DNA of 62,087 bases, filler included, from Basidiobolus ranarum (GCA_040143965.1; 25 parts of 25 records of this genome joined end to end with filler, not necessarily neighbours in it), one strand, 5' to 3'. Numbered from the whole stretch's first letter, positions 12,483 through 25,583 are shown. Numbers and translations are program-made. The notes: generated by a model from the sequence alone, not told the origin.

Positions 12483-13562
12483 ATTGGCAGATCTCAGGCT
12501 GATACAGCAACGGTGCAAAGATTTTGTAATTGGATATGAAAAAATTTATTACAGGTTTAAAGAAGATAGGCTGAATCTATGCCGGTATTCAATTCATTCC
12601 CTGCTGCATCTTTCACAATTCATACAGATTATAGGCCCTTGCTATACATTCTGGGAGTTCCCAATGGAGTGCACCTGTGGTGAAATGATGCTCCATGTGA
12701 AATTGTCAGTATTACTATATGCTAATCTGATTAACAATGTATCAGCAAAATCAGTGATCAGTGTAATGCAATGGGTTAAGGAGACTCTAGAGTTTATTAA
12801 CCTTCCAACACAGGGCTCTTTTCAATGTACTCATGGGCTTTCACATTCTTTGAGCACAATAACAGCAACATAGCCCAATCCTTGGATACATAGTAAGTAC
12901 CTCTATAATTTGGACTAATTTGTGTGTGTAATAATCTGAAGGTATTTCTAGGAAAGCTGCAAGACAGACCTCTTGGTAAGATAGATGAAGATACGAAGTA
13001 TTATAGTTTTAGCTATAGGGTAATATATTTAAGCAAAGACACATCTACTTGTGGCAGGACATCTATTGACTGCAAGTTGGGGATATATTGGCTGAATTCT
13101 GTACAGAGATTTGCCAAAATCCAAGAGCTTACTCTCATTGTGATTGGTAACAAGAGTCAGCTATTTGCCAAGAGTCAGTGCTATTCAAAATTTCAAATGT
13201 TTAGCAATTTTTCAATCATTAGTTTGCTGGTAAAGCATATTGATGTTGTTGAGTTATAGCCTAAAATAGCTAAATAAAGGCATGCATAATAATTCCAAAT
13301 CCTGCAGCAGTATACCCAGTAATTTATCATTCAAAAATTATATTTTTGCAAAAATTGCCGGATGTTGAATAATGCATGCTAATATGAGGATCAATATTTT
13401 AATATGTATGAATACTGTAAAAATATCATCAAGAAACTGCCATCACACCAACAAAATCCCTGGCAGGATGCAAGCCACCAATATTGTGATGGTTCTCTGA
13501 CAGTTTTGAAATTTAGAAGGGTGGATCCAATCTGGATGAAATTGATTTTATTTTTGTTAGGC
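12483..13562 (+). mobile_element. CMC/EnSpm-like transposase C-terminal part and right end
   Basis: IHSLLHLSQFIQIIGPCYTFWEFPMECTCG matches the EnSpm/CACTA H-x-L-x-H..GP..W.FPMER motif. Terminus TTTTTGTTAGG lies at about 13561. Confidence 0.88.
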
Positions 13563-14877
13563 TGGGAAGTAGTTCAATCAGATGAAGAAGAAGAAAGTAC
13601 AGATTCTAACACTGAAACATAGAAGCCAATGTGCAAAGAAGCCAGGGCTACCTTCAAAGAAAAGGACCGATTGGCATTTAGGGAACTATGTCTAAGACTG
13701 GGATCACATCAACTTATGCTAGTCAGAAAAGTTAACTCTGCCAAGAATGCATGGGAAATCCTAGTGGAACATCACTAGCAAAAAGGGCTGGCTCACTTGA
13801 TGATCCTACAAAGAAAATTCTTGAATTCTTGTATGTCTGAGGACTCAGATACTATGACATTCGTAAATGGTGTCAAGACACTTTCCCAACAACTGGAAAC
13901 ACTTAATTATCAAGTACCTGAAATGGATATAATCCTTACCATAATCAATGGTCTCCCTGAATCATATTCAGCTCTTGTACTCACTTTTGAAGCAATTGTG
14001 GATAGGCTTACTCAGCATTATCTGATCATTCATCTATGTCAAGAAGAATTTAAAAGGAAAGACAAAAGTCAGCTTGCAGATGAAACAAAAACTACACCAG
14101 CATTTTATTCTCAAAATAGCCAACCAGAAAGAAGCACTGTGAAATGTTACAAATGTGGAAAACTGGGACATAGAGTATGTTACTGCTGATTGAAGAAGAA
14201 AAGGGTTTCAAAGAAAAAGGAAGCAAATGACACCACTAAGTGAGGAAATGAACACTATGTACTTATGGCAACCTTTAAATCAGTTAATGACTCTGCTGAT
14301 GTATGGATTCTAGATTCTGGTACCAGAGATCATATGCATCACAATCAAAACATAATGCATGACTATAAGGAAATAGAACCTCTGGACATCATGGGAGATG
14401 GGAGAAACAAATGGGTTGCATATGGAATGGAAAGGTCACACTTGACTTACATATAGGTAAAACCAAAAGTGCAATGGTAACCTTGGAAGATGTCTTATAT
14501 ATTCCATCATTTACAACAAATCTATTTTCAATTGGAGCAATTGAAAACAAACTTTATGATGTCAAATTTAGCCAAGGAACAGCAACCATATACAAATGAA
14601 AGTTCTTAATATTAGCAACTGGAACAAGAATTGGGAATCTATATGACCTGGATATTGCACTGATAACTGAGACTATTTCTAACTTCCAACAATTACTGCA
14701 GGAAACTTGATGACTTGGCATCAGCACTTGGGTTATCTAAACTAAAATAGTGTGAAAATATTATTTAAAAATAGCCTATGTACTGGAATGGATCTCAAGC
14801 CCTCAGGTATTACTAAATGTGAAAGGTGTATTCAATGGAAAATCACCAGAAAACCATTTCCAAAAGAAGGAGCTAGC
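13563..14877 (+). mobile_element. Degenerate Copia gag-protease-pre-integrase
   Basis: IINGLPESY, CYKCGKLGHRVCYC zinc knuckle, WILDSGTRDHM protease, LEDVLYIPSFTTNLFS and WHQHLG, with stops. Confidence 0.88.
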
Positions 14878-15470
14878 NNNNNNNNNNNNNNNNNNNNNNN
14901 NNNNNNNNNNNNNNNNNNNNNTTAATTAATTAANNNNNNNNNNNNNNNNNNNNNNNNNNNNNNNNNNNNNNNNNNNNAGTTTTCTAAAATCCTAACTTTA
15001 CCATCCGAACACTGACATCCACCATTGCTTTGCCTTAACAAGCAAGTGTTTCTTCGCTCATTCAATTGTTCATTTCTTCCTTTGTAACCGATACTACTAT
15101 GTTATCAAAGTGATGACATAGACTCATAAATACTTCATTTATTAATTTTATCTCATTCCCCTCATGTATACACGTACATACTACACCTAATAAATCAATA
15201 AAATATGAACAGAATTCATTGGCAACTGCTTCGTTAAAGTGATACTTCTTACTGGCTAGTCGCATTCACAAATGATGCGCAAGTTGGTTACAAGCGTATT
15301 GTGTTACCTGGTTCCAATGTATTTCAGAAATATCGTCTTGGATTGTTGGTACAACTAATAAATGCATATGAATGGTCATTTGAGATCACTCTGGCAAAAG
15401 TCAGTAGGTCGTAAAGTTTATAAATAATAAAATATTATCGAATTGGTGAGAAATAGATACGAATAGAATT

Positions 15471-15968
15471 TTAAGATCCCTTAGGTATAACCACAGTTAG
15501 ATTATCTCCAAAGATTCCCCAGGAATTTCGGTGTGTTAAAAAGACGCTTATCCAAGCTACCAAAATAACCAGCCAGATAGAAGCCCCAACTAATGAACCG
15601 TAGACATCTAAACCGCCCAAGTATACGATGAAGTCCTTAGTATGAAACTCTGTTCAATAGTCAAATCTTGTTAAGGTACTTACATTTCCGAAGAACTGGA
15701 CTCATATCGGCTCGGTTTATCGCAGGTCGGAAATATACAAAGTTCACTAGCCATAACCAAGGTAGAAATGCAAAACCTCCATAGAACAGTAATAGAGAAA
15801 AAAAAAGAAAAATGTTAAGGTCATTTAAAATCTATGTTCAGTTGTATCGTATATGTTCAGCTGGTTTGGAAACTTTGAGAGGAAAAACAAAGTGCAGTAA
15901 GACAGATCAGTATTTTTTCGAGAGATGTTAAGTATTTCTTGATTCTTAAGTTTGTCTAAGCTTGACAT
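15471..15968 (-). CDS. PSENEN: Gamma-secretase subunit PEN-2 homologue, 3 coding exons (15968-15914, 15788-15684, 15607-15471), 98 aa
   Basis: The manual splice gives MSSLDKLKNQEILNISRKMFYGGFAFLPWLWLVNFVYFRPAINRADMSPVLRKYVYGSLVGASIWLVILVAWISVFLTHRNSWGIFGDNLTVVIPKGS. This matches the PEN-2 signatures GGFAFLP.LWLVN and WG..GD.L...IP.G. Intron 2 is GTAAGT..TAG; intron 1 must be AT..AC. Confidence 0.9.
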
Positions 15969-17142
15969 TGTACGTTTCTGTCAGAGGATTGATGTGAACT
16001 TTGTGGCTTATTTCGTCAAGAAAATATGAAAGTGTCTATATCATCTTATAAGAAGATTATTATCAAATGAAGTCTTGGTAAGTTGCTTCTACTTGTGAAG
16101 ACTCTTGAATAAAAATATATCTTCTCAGATGGGTACTTACACACTTCGTATGGGACAAACTTGGTCTACTGAAAAATATTTCTGCTCTCTCAAGTTGGCT
16201 GAAGGCTGGATATGGCTCACTAACAGTCACACCGATTTTATGAAATAGTGTAATTTGAGGATGCCATCTTATTGAGGAACTCGATCCCTGTTGGTTGGCC
16301 TAAAATAGTTGGATAATAACTAAGCATTATTATGTACACGGTTACATATCCCAGAAATCCTGCTCGATTTGGCTCCATAGAGTTCTGTTATTTGATTGGA
16401 GATTCTTACAATAGAGATAGATTTTATATTGAATGAATTTTAATATATCTACTAATCAAATACTAACTTACCATTCCCATTCTGTATGTAGTTAAATGAG
16501 AAGGCTGCCTTTTGCTTGATTACTAGGAAATTGATATGCTACTCAATCTAGTCGCAATAATTGTTTTATATAGCCCTAAACTCATATTGCTCTAAAGTGA
16601 ATGTGCTACTTCTAAGATTTCCTCTCTCTTAACTAGAAATCTCGCACATATCTCAAGTGAGGTAAAGATGTTTATCGACCACACATCTAGAGGGCTCAAT
16701 TCCAAATGCCATAAAATATTTATCTTTGATCGAATTCGGCTTCGTGTTATAATATACTTTGGTTCTTAGCTGTAATCTATTTTTCTTGACTACAATTCCA
16801 AACCTTCTTCATAAATAAACATACATATAGAGAGAGTTTCAAGAAAATATAAGCTCAAAGTTCCTTATCTCTAGAAATGAACACCACCTTCAGCTATCTC
16901 GAAAACATCGGACAGAATAGCACTTACAATATGTTTGATATTTTACAAATTTATAGTTGATACGAATATGTTGAATGTCAATATGAAGTACGTATAGGTA
17001 CTCGGAGATAAGAAGGGTGGAAGTAGTTAACTCGTCAGTAATATTGATAAAGCCCAAGAAAACAACCTCCATGTTATATTTGTAGAATGAAGGGGAAACA
17101 ACTAAGTTAATTGGCTTGCAACAACTAAACTTACAGTAATGC

Positions 17143-17371
17143 TTAGAACCCAACAAAGATAATCCCTTCGCTACTAGGTTTGACGTTCGCAAAGTTGGCC
17201 TTGTATTCAACCAAATTTGGCAAAACACGTTCCTTAACCAAGTTCACCAACTCCGGTTTTTTAAGCGCCAAATTAAACTCCACACCATGCTCTATGAGAA
17301 CTTTTCGCAAGTCTGACCATTTCATTTTCTCTGCGTTAAACTCTTCATCTTCAATGAGCTTGAGAAAATCA
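17143..17371 (-). CDS. 3' end of a protein carrying a HeH/LEM-like domain
   Basis: Open from the contig edge: DFLKLIEDEEFNAEKMKWSDLRKVLIEHGVEFNLALKKPELVNLVKERVLP..VKPSSEGII. It resembles the Src1/Heh1 HeH motif (LR.IL.EH.V....A.K..LV.L). Confidence 0.65.
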
Positions 17372-17471
17372 NNNNNNNNNNNNNNNNNNNNNNNNNNNNN
17401 NNNNNNNNNNNNNNNTTAATTAATTAANNNNNNNNNNNNNNNNNNNNNNNNNNNNNNNNNNNNNNNNNNNN

Positions 17472-18762
17472 AAACACTTTAGCAGAAGCAAGCTGATCCA
17501 AGAGTGAGTTGATTAATGGCAAGGGGTACCAATTTTTGACTGTAATGCTATTTAGGCCTTGATAATCAACACAGTGACAGAGGGATCCATCCTTTTCCTA
17601 ACAAATAAGACTGCAGAGCCTGCTGGGGACTTTGAATGTTGGAAAAATCCTTTCTCCAAATTTTCTGCAATGTACTCATTTTGAATGTGGAGTTCTGGCT
17701 GAGTCAGTCCATAGATAGGCCCAAATGGTTGTTGTTTTCTTTTTGGGATCTATAGGGCAATTGTATGGTCAGTGAGCTGGGAGTATATAAGATTTCTTCT
17801 TGTCAAGAACATCAGCAAAGGCTAAGTATTTGGGTGGCACCTTACAAACCATGGTTTTGTTGGTTTCAGCTCTTCAGCAATACTGCCAATGAATATTGGC
17901 TTCATAGATGTTTGTAGGAGTTGGACTGATGATGAGTTGGTACTTTGCAGGTTGGCAAATATGGACTAGGAGGTGGAGTTTAATTGACTGTGATAATCTT
18001 CTTCTTTCGGTTAATTACTGGATTATGCTGCTAAGCCATGAGATACCAAGGATGACTGGGTGGTGAGGTCAAGAAATTATAACAAAAGCTATTTCTTCTT
18101 GATGAGCAGTGGACATGAGTGTTATAAATATTGTCGTATGTGTTACAGCACCTGATGATGCATCCTTTCATCAACTACTTCCACAAGGACTGGACTAGAT
18201 TTCTTCATTGTAGAGATAGAGTGGGATTTTACAGAGGTGGAGTCAATAAAGAAGGAGGAAGCACCTGAATCAAGAAGTACAGTTGCTTTTATTGACTTGA
18301 AATTTGGTAGCAGGAGTGTAATGGGCAGCTTTAATGATTGATACAACTGCAGAGATTGCAAGGTATGGTGAAGAAACATTTTTGAAGATGTTTGCCCAAC
18401 TGCATGCCCTTTATTACAGCTGGGCATTTAAGTTTTCCAATGGTTTGGAGGAGTTCTCTACTACTTGCATATTGTTGATCTTGAATCTAGGATTCTTTTT
18501 TTGGACATGTTCTTGCTACATGTCCAGGAGCTCCTGAATTTAGGCATAAATTCTCTTGTTGGCATCAATATTTCTCTTCAGGGCTAAGCTTTCTGAAGCA
18601 AGTTGCATCAATTTGCATTTGGTCATCTGTTTGAGCTGGATTTTGGGTTTGATGGAAGAGAGGTCCGAAAGTAGATGAGGAAGGAGAGAAGAGAGTAGCC
18701 ATATTGCTTTGTTGTTGTCTCAAACAACCCAATGTCACATTTATCTGCCTGATAGATCTCAC
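17472..18762 (-). mobile_element. Degenerate Ty3/Gypsy gag-protease-RT
   Basis: QMQIDAT (gag), VLLDSGASSFFID (protease) and [29 protein letters not shown] (RT N-terminus). Confidence 0.88.
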
Positions 18763-19502
18763 TTCAGGGGCAATATTAAGTGCTAGCTCTCCAGACTAAA
18801 ACAACAGTATTATTATAATTAGCTGAAGCTACAATTCAGCTCTGCTATTGGTATTGTGATGCTTCTGGCCCATGTTGAGCAGGACTAAATAATAATGACA
18901 TTCAAGATTTTTATCTATTAAAGCTAATAAATGGCATAGACAAAGGAAGTTTGAAAATGACAAGAACGTAAGAAAAATATATATGAGTATTGAAACAGGA
19001 ATAGAGAACTAGCTTAAAGTTCTCCCCATGATACAAAATTATTGCAGGTCAGCAAAGTGGACAAGTTGATATTCATGAATTTCAATGCATCAGAAACTTT
19101 GCTCAAATATTTGGTTCATTAAAGTAGTATCTGTCTACTACTTGACTACCTTCCACTTCTTAGACATCAGTCTATTAACAGTTGTGATAGACTGCTACAC
19201 AATAGTGCTCTATCTACCATATGTGAAAGTAAAGATAACGGGTATCCTTTTTCAAGAATCTACCAATGAATTTTCCAGTTGTTTTGAATGACTATGTGCC
19301 TTTGGGCTGATAATTCTTAAGGGACTAAAGTCTACATATTCTTCTTAAGTGTCAACGTCTTTTTGTTTGACAAAGAGCAGGACATTGCAATGCAATGATT
19401 GGTATCTAGGAACTTCAAGAGGCTTTATTACCCACACTTTCAAGTTGCAGCAGGCAACTATATATGCAGGCCTTGTTGAATTGGACTGAGCCAAATTGTA
19501 CT

Positions 19503-19819
19503 TGTTGTAGGATCTTGACATAATGGGGGTTGGCTTTGAGTATTAGAAGTAACTTATGATAGTGTGTTTTAGTTAGTTTATTCTCAACAGTATATGGTGA
19601 CTTATATAGTAGAAAAGTAAATCAATTGTTTGAGATATTCAGGAGTTTGTGTAATAAGATATAATAGATAAGTGGGGGTAATAAGACATACTTGTTACAT
19701 AGATATAGAGATATTTCTACTTAGATTATAGGGGCTATAGATACATTGCTTTTTGTTTCTGATATATGTATCATAACTAAAGTTAACTATGATGTTGAAT
19801 AAATATTAATTATCCAATA
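19503..19819 (-). mobile_element. Copia family-C LTR
   Basis: Near-identical to 2584..2900. Partial copies lie at 24948..25090, 34895..35125 and 37155..37279 (opposite orientation). Confidence 0.88.
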
Positions 19820-19964
19820 CCTTCCCTTAATTCTTATTCAGCATTGTGCTTATATTCACTAATGNNNNNNNNNNNNNNNNNNNNNNNNNNNNNNNNNNNN
19901 NNNNNNNNTTAATTAATTAANNNNNNNNNNNNNNNNNNNNNNNNNNNNNNNNNNNNNNNNNNNN

Positions 19965-21123
19965 CATGCGCCTTAATTGTCTCACAGATCTCACGTCGGT
20001 GCCTTTCATCACCACCGCTATTCAAAACTCCGGGTATCAGGCCACCCAGGCCACTGTTGGAGCGATCATGAGTATCAACCCTAATCAACCCGCCAAGGCA
20101 CACGACAGCGTCAACATTGATTCCTAACAATTGACGAACTTTAACAGCAATATCTTCACAACGACCAGATTCTAAGTCAGAGGATTTTCCACCTTGGTTG
20201 AGTGGGTTACTGAGGTTGTCTGGGGAACTAGGAACTCCAGGTGTACCACTTGGCAAACTGTCGGTATCTCCAGTAGGTGCCCCAGGTGATTTAGGAATGT
20301 TAGAACCATTAGGGATAGCATCACCTGCTGAACCTCCAGGTAAGCCATTGGATTCACCAGAAGGAACACCACTTGGCAATCCCTCAGTGAGGCCACTGGG
20401 AACTCCCGAAGAGGTTGTATCTCGGTCATTATTGAGAATATTATCAGCCAAATCCAGGCCAAGGCAAACCTTAGCTTTGATGCCAAGTACATCTATACGC
20501 CCATCGACAAGATTCCTACGACAGTCATCATCCTCATGAATATTCGTGGCATCTCCAGCTGGAGAGCTTCCAGGTTTCGTGGTCTCTTTACTTCCTGTGG
20601 TTTCACCAGTGCCATTTCCAGCTGCTGGATCAACATTTTCTTGACCGCTTGGTACATCGCCATCTCTACCAGCTGGTGAACCAGAGTTCGATGACCCGTT
20701 CCCACCACTGACGTCCTCTCCAGATGGGACATTATCATCAAAATAATGATTTCTACCTTTTCTACTGTCTTCATTATCATAATCCCAATCCTCCTCATCA
20801 TAATGAGAATCATTTCTGTATCTATCATGGTGATCTTCGTATCTGTTACCACCCCGTTTGTAGTCACCATGTTCAATATCTAGGTCTTGGTCATCTCCAT
20901 GATCATATTCACCATGGCGTTTGTGATCTTTGTTCTCCCAACGACTGGCATATTCATCTTGATCGTTTCTCCATCCTGGATATTCCTGGTTGTCCCAATC
21001 CTTAATTACCTCATACTTATTGCTGTGATGAGAAGGAGAGTAATATCTTTCAGCAACACTGGCTCCTGATATGACCGAAGCAGAGGAAATAACAAACAGT
21101 AATTTGATTGAAGAGAAGTGCAT
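19965..21123 (-). CDS. Secreted low-complexity protein with three Cys-bounded hydrophobic LGI repeats, copy 1 (3' truncated)
   Basis: ATG at 21123 (MHFSSIKLLFVISSASVISG signal peptide), then a D/H/Y/R-rich block, G/S/P linkers and C..(L/V)LGI..A.VCL repeats. 386 uninterrupted codons; about 407 aa with the copy-2 tail. Confidence 0.85.
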
Positions 21124-22118
21124 TTGTGACTTGGATTTCAATAGATCAAGAAGTCTATCACAGTTGATATGTGAGATCTTGTAAATGTAAATTTGCTTCT
21201 AATCTAGTTGAAGATTGAAATAGGATACTATTTATTGGTTGATCGCTTTTCTTTTTATATAGAGCTCTGTAAATGTATACTCATGCTCACGGACTACGGA
21301 ATTAGCTTTGCATTGTATGATACAATCTCCGGCGACTCACTAGAGCTGCTTTGATCATTATATTTCCGGGAGAAGAACAAAGAGACTGATTATTCAATGT
21401 AGTTACCCCAGGCTCCTAGTAGATTACTCTATTTTAGTGTATAATTTGTTGTATTGAAAGTATGCAACTACTTGAAGTATCCAGTCCGTAGATTTTACTC
21501 TCCATTTTTCCATTGTTTTGAAATTAATCAAAGTTGCAACACCCGAATCAAACACAAAAAGCCACAAATTTGCCACGATATGTCTATTTCAGTTGTTTAC
21601 GAGGAATTCATACTATTATAATGTTTTCAATATAGAAACTTCAATACTTGATTCAGTTTGGAGTACGTTCCAGTATATGGATCTGTGCAACAAGAAGCTT
21701 GGTACACTGACACATCCTTTACTAAATACCACACTGCAAGAACTGAATCATAGAAGAGATTGTAAGAAGTTTTTTGAACCTAATGTGATGGAATGAGCTT
21801 GAATATATTATACACAGTAAATTAAAATTCCAACTTGGGTCAAATAACCCAAATCAAATCATTGGCGACTGCTATATTCCTTAAAAACAAACTTTAGTCA
21901 GCAAAATTTGTATACTACTAAAGCACCCACTTAAAGTTACGAACAGCTTAGTTACCAGCAGTGACTTTACTAAAAAAACGCATCATGACTAGGCGTAAAC
22001 TGGATGATCTATTCTCTAAACTAACTTATAACCAATAAGATGGGGTATTATGAAGATTCTTGAGGTACTACATGATTATGAGGGTATTGAGGAATTTTGT
22101 AGAATAAAAGTATGAGAC

Positions 22119-22356
22119 CTACACCTTTATCACAATCTCAGGTAAGCATATGACGGCATCCACCGTGATTCCAAGTATGTTGGCATGCGCCTTTATTGTC
22201 TCACAGATCTCACGTCGGTGGCTTTCATCACCACCGCTATTCAAAACTCCGGTTAACAGCCCACCCCGCCCACTGTTGGAGCGAGCATGATTATCAACCC
22301 TAATCAGCCCGCCAAGGCACACGACAGCGTCAACATTGATTCCTAACAATTGACGA
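22119..22356 (-). CDS. 3' end of tandem copy 2 of the LGI-repeat secreted protein
   Basis: 22184..22356 aligns to 19965..20137 with about a dozen substitutions and no indel. It ends ICETIKAHANILGITVDAVICLPEIVIKV*. Confidence 0.85.
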
Positions 22357-24947
22357 NNNNNNNNNNNNNNNNNNNNNNNNNNNNNNNNNNNNNNNNNNNN
22401 TTAATTAATTAANNNNNNNNNNNNNNNNNNNNNNNNNNNNNNNNNNNNNNNNNNNNTTCTATCATCAACAAAGTATGATCCCAGTACATCGACCTCCACC
22501 AATTAAGTTTTCTTCATCTGCAGCGAATGTCAAATATGATAATTTGTCTACAAACATTTTTATGCATACGGCAAATTCCCCTTCTAAAACCATCAGATCT
22601 CATGTGTATTAGGCATGAGGCTCTCAGTCTCTGGAGTAGTTGAGCTAACTAATTGAGATTGAAGTACATTCTCAAGAATCGTGTATCATTGTGTATTTTA
22701 CTCATACCTATTTGTTTCAACTTTGTAGCATTATAGTACCATATTTCTAAACCATATTTGTAACTCAATGAATAGAATGTAATTGTAAAGCCAAAATAAA
22801 TCTACATTTAGGCTACCATACTTTTAAGCATGAAGAATAATGAATGTTTCACTACTTATTCGTTCATCGGAAATATATTAAGCTTCACTCGATATCCAAG
22901 ATAAGGAGTACTGATGATTTGAGGATAACTTTCACTAATACACACGTCCTCCTTTTCGATACTAAATCTATTATGTATCGAGGAGAGACAGGCTTCTTTG
23001 ATGTCGAGACTGTTTTGGACGAATTGTTATAGTCATCATTAGCTAAGTTTCCGTATTTACTTTCCCCATGAGATCACTAACCGCATTGATCGGCAAGAGG
23101 CCTCCCATGGATATCTTAGACATAGTAATTCCAAATTCAATTACATCATCCCAGAGGATAAACCATTTTTATTCGATACTGGATACTGAGGAGTTAGACT
23201 AGACATCCACGACTCCTGGTAGAGAATTTGACAACAAGGTCTCAGTGCTGATTCCACTGATTTCCAACTCAAGTACTATAGTAACAAATAGCCAATGCGT
23301 TATGATAGATCCTGAGCTTCAACACAACCCTTCGATTCGCAACTTAAATGATTGGAGTAACATCTTAACCCGATTTCATTTTAACCCGATTTCACTTGGC
23401 AACTCAATCTGCAAAGTGACCTCAATATAAGCCCATCTATGGTTAACTATTAACACTGACATGGTTTTACTATTGCAATTTATCCCGTGTTGGAGATATG
23501 ATCCGTCCTAGGTTGATAAGAAACCGCTACACTTATTTATAGTTAATCCATTATTAAACTAATTAGATGCGTGGTATTGTTGCTTTGCCATCCTTGTGGA
23601 ATAGCTATAAACAAGTTAGCACGGATTCATAGCATCAACCAAAGTTTCATAAACTAGTGGAGCTTGTTAATCCGAGTCAGCTATATGTGCATGAGATTTA
23701 CACAAATGATTGTGTAACTAATGACGCATTTGATTACACGAACTATTACGCAACAAGAGTAATCATCGATGACATTTTGAGTTTATTTATGAGTGGACAG
23801 TTGAGTTCGAATACATCAAAGACGCTAAATGGGACTAAGTGTGATCCATTCATAGCCAAGCATAATGATGGATATACTTTAAGGCTAAATGTGCTCAGTT
23901 ACATATGTCAATTAACCAACTTGGTGATGGATGTAAGCAGTATGCTTAATTCACGGTAGTGTATTTCGAACCTTTGACTATGTAATGATCCGCATAATAC
24001 GGTACTGAATTCCTACAAGCCAGTCATCTAATCATATATCATATGATACGTCTCTAACAGTTCAATACTTTGTCATACTTGGCTCGCATTAAGAAAAACT
24101 AGATATGTGGACTTTTCTACAGGCTTACTAATGAATGATGTAGGCGAAATTTGAGAATCTCGTTGCATTGCCTCGATTTCAGATAAATCATGACTCTAAT
24201 AATCCCTCCCCTTGCGTATTTGTCGCTATACAGGTAGTGAAAACTACAGATTCTTCTTAGCACTACCACTTGGCAAAGAGTGGCAGGTAGTAAGATGGTG
24301 ATATTCCGCTTTAGTCAATTGTAACTAAATGGCTTTGTACTGGAATCTTCCACGTGTCTCATATGCTCGTAAACTTTCAGTGACATCATTTTAAAACTGA
24401 CACATGGTTTTATTGAGCAAATAGGTGTCTATTCGACACTGAAGATTTACAGATCTATAATAGTACACTGATTCTACAATATGTAGATGCTATCATTTTC
24501 TACTCTCGTTTGTTGAGTACACACAGGAGAATAAATGGAATTAGAATACAGCTAAATGCCGCATATAGCGATAGAAGTGATATATACCATTAAGATGTAT
24601 TACCGAAGTTAGATGGTAGAACCACTTAGATCATGAAGAGGCAGTAGTTAGAGTTGTGTAAGGGATTGTAGATATGTACAATGGGATCAAATGATCGGAT
24701 CAAACTAATCAGTCTTTTGATAGCGTAATATGATGAACAGATCTGTTAAGCTTGATCTGGCTTTCGGTGTTTCACATTGGCAATAGCGGTTGGGAGGAAA
24801 TTGCTAGGCGCGAGTCGATGAACTGGGATACTTTGCTGATGAAAACCNNNNNNNNNNNNNNNNNNNNNNNNNNNNNNNNNNNNNNNNNNNNTTAATTAAT
24901 TAANNNNNNNNNNNNNNNNNNNNNNNNNNNNNNNNNNNNNNNNNNNN

Positions 24948-25090
24948 GGTAATAAGACATACTTGTTATATAGATATAGAGATATACCTATTTAGAATAT
25001 AGGGGCTATAGATACGTTGCTTTCTGTTTCTGATATATGTATCATAACTAAAGTTAACAATGATGTTGAATAAAGATTAATTATCCAACA
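24948..25090 (-). mobile_element. Copia family-C LTR fragment
   Basis: Matches 2758..2900 and ends TTATCCAACA. Confidence 0.85.
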
Positions 25091-25583
25091 ACAATTCCAA
25101 TAATTGGACCACTGTATCCATGAAAGCAATGAGAAAATTTCCAAAATATTCATCATCCTGATTAGTCAACAAATTCCTCCACTAGCATGAGTATAGATAA
25201 AGAAAATGATCTCCCCCTATGAAAAGGTTATGTTAATACAAGTGGGCAACTAGCAAATATTTCAAGTTGTTGGTCAGAATATCATACTAGTACCAGCTAG
25301 AGAAGATGAAAGTAACTGGAATTGCAATTCTTTAACATTTCTCATAGGCCTCAAAGTTAAAGCATAAAATATAGCATAAATAGAATTTTGCTAGTTGTCA
25401 AAGGGAATTGAAAGCAGAGTTATAGGTTGATATCCTCAAGAATAATTCTTTAGCTGAATGGTGAAGCTGTGGGGAGTTTAGCACATTGCTATTAATATAG
25501 TATATTTATTGTAAAAAAATTGATGTATATACAAAATTATCTTTACCCAGCTGCTAAGATTATGGAGAGTATATCGCTCTTAC

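Noticed and set aside
20172-21069. Several ORFs overlapping the secreted LGI-repeat gene (likewise those over CNT, CHAP, the kinase and the GPI gene)
   Set aside because: Shadow frames of real genes with no independent motifs.
22457-24847. Possible genes in contig 10, including an FRIYFPHE stretch faintly like Tdp1
   Set aside because: Short, stop-interrupted frames with no catalytic motif or consistent splice model. Only unassignable gene ends may lie at the contig edges.
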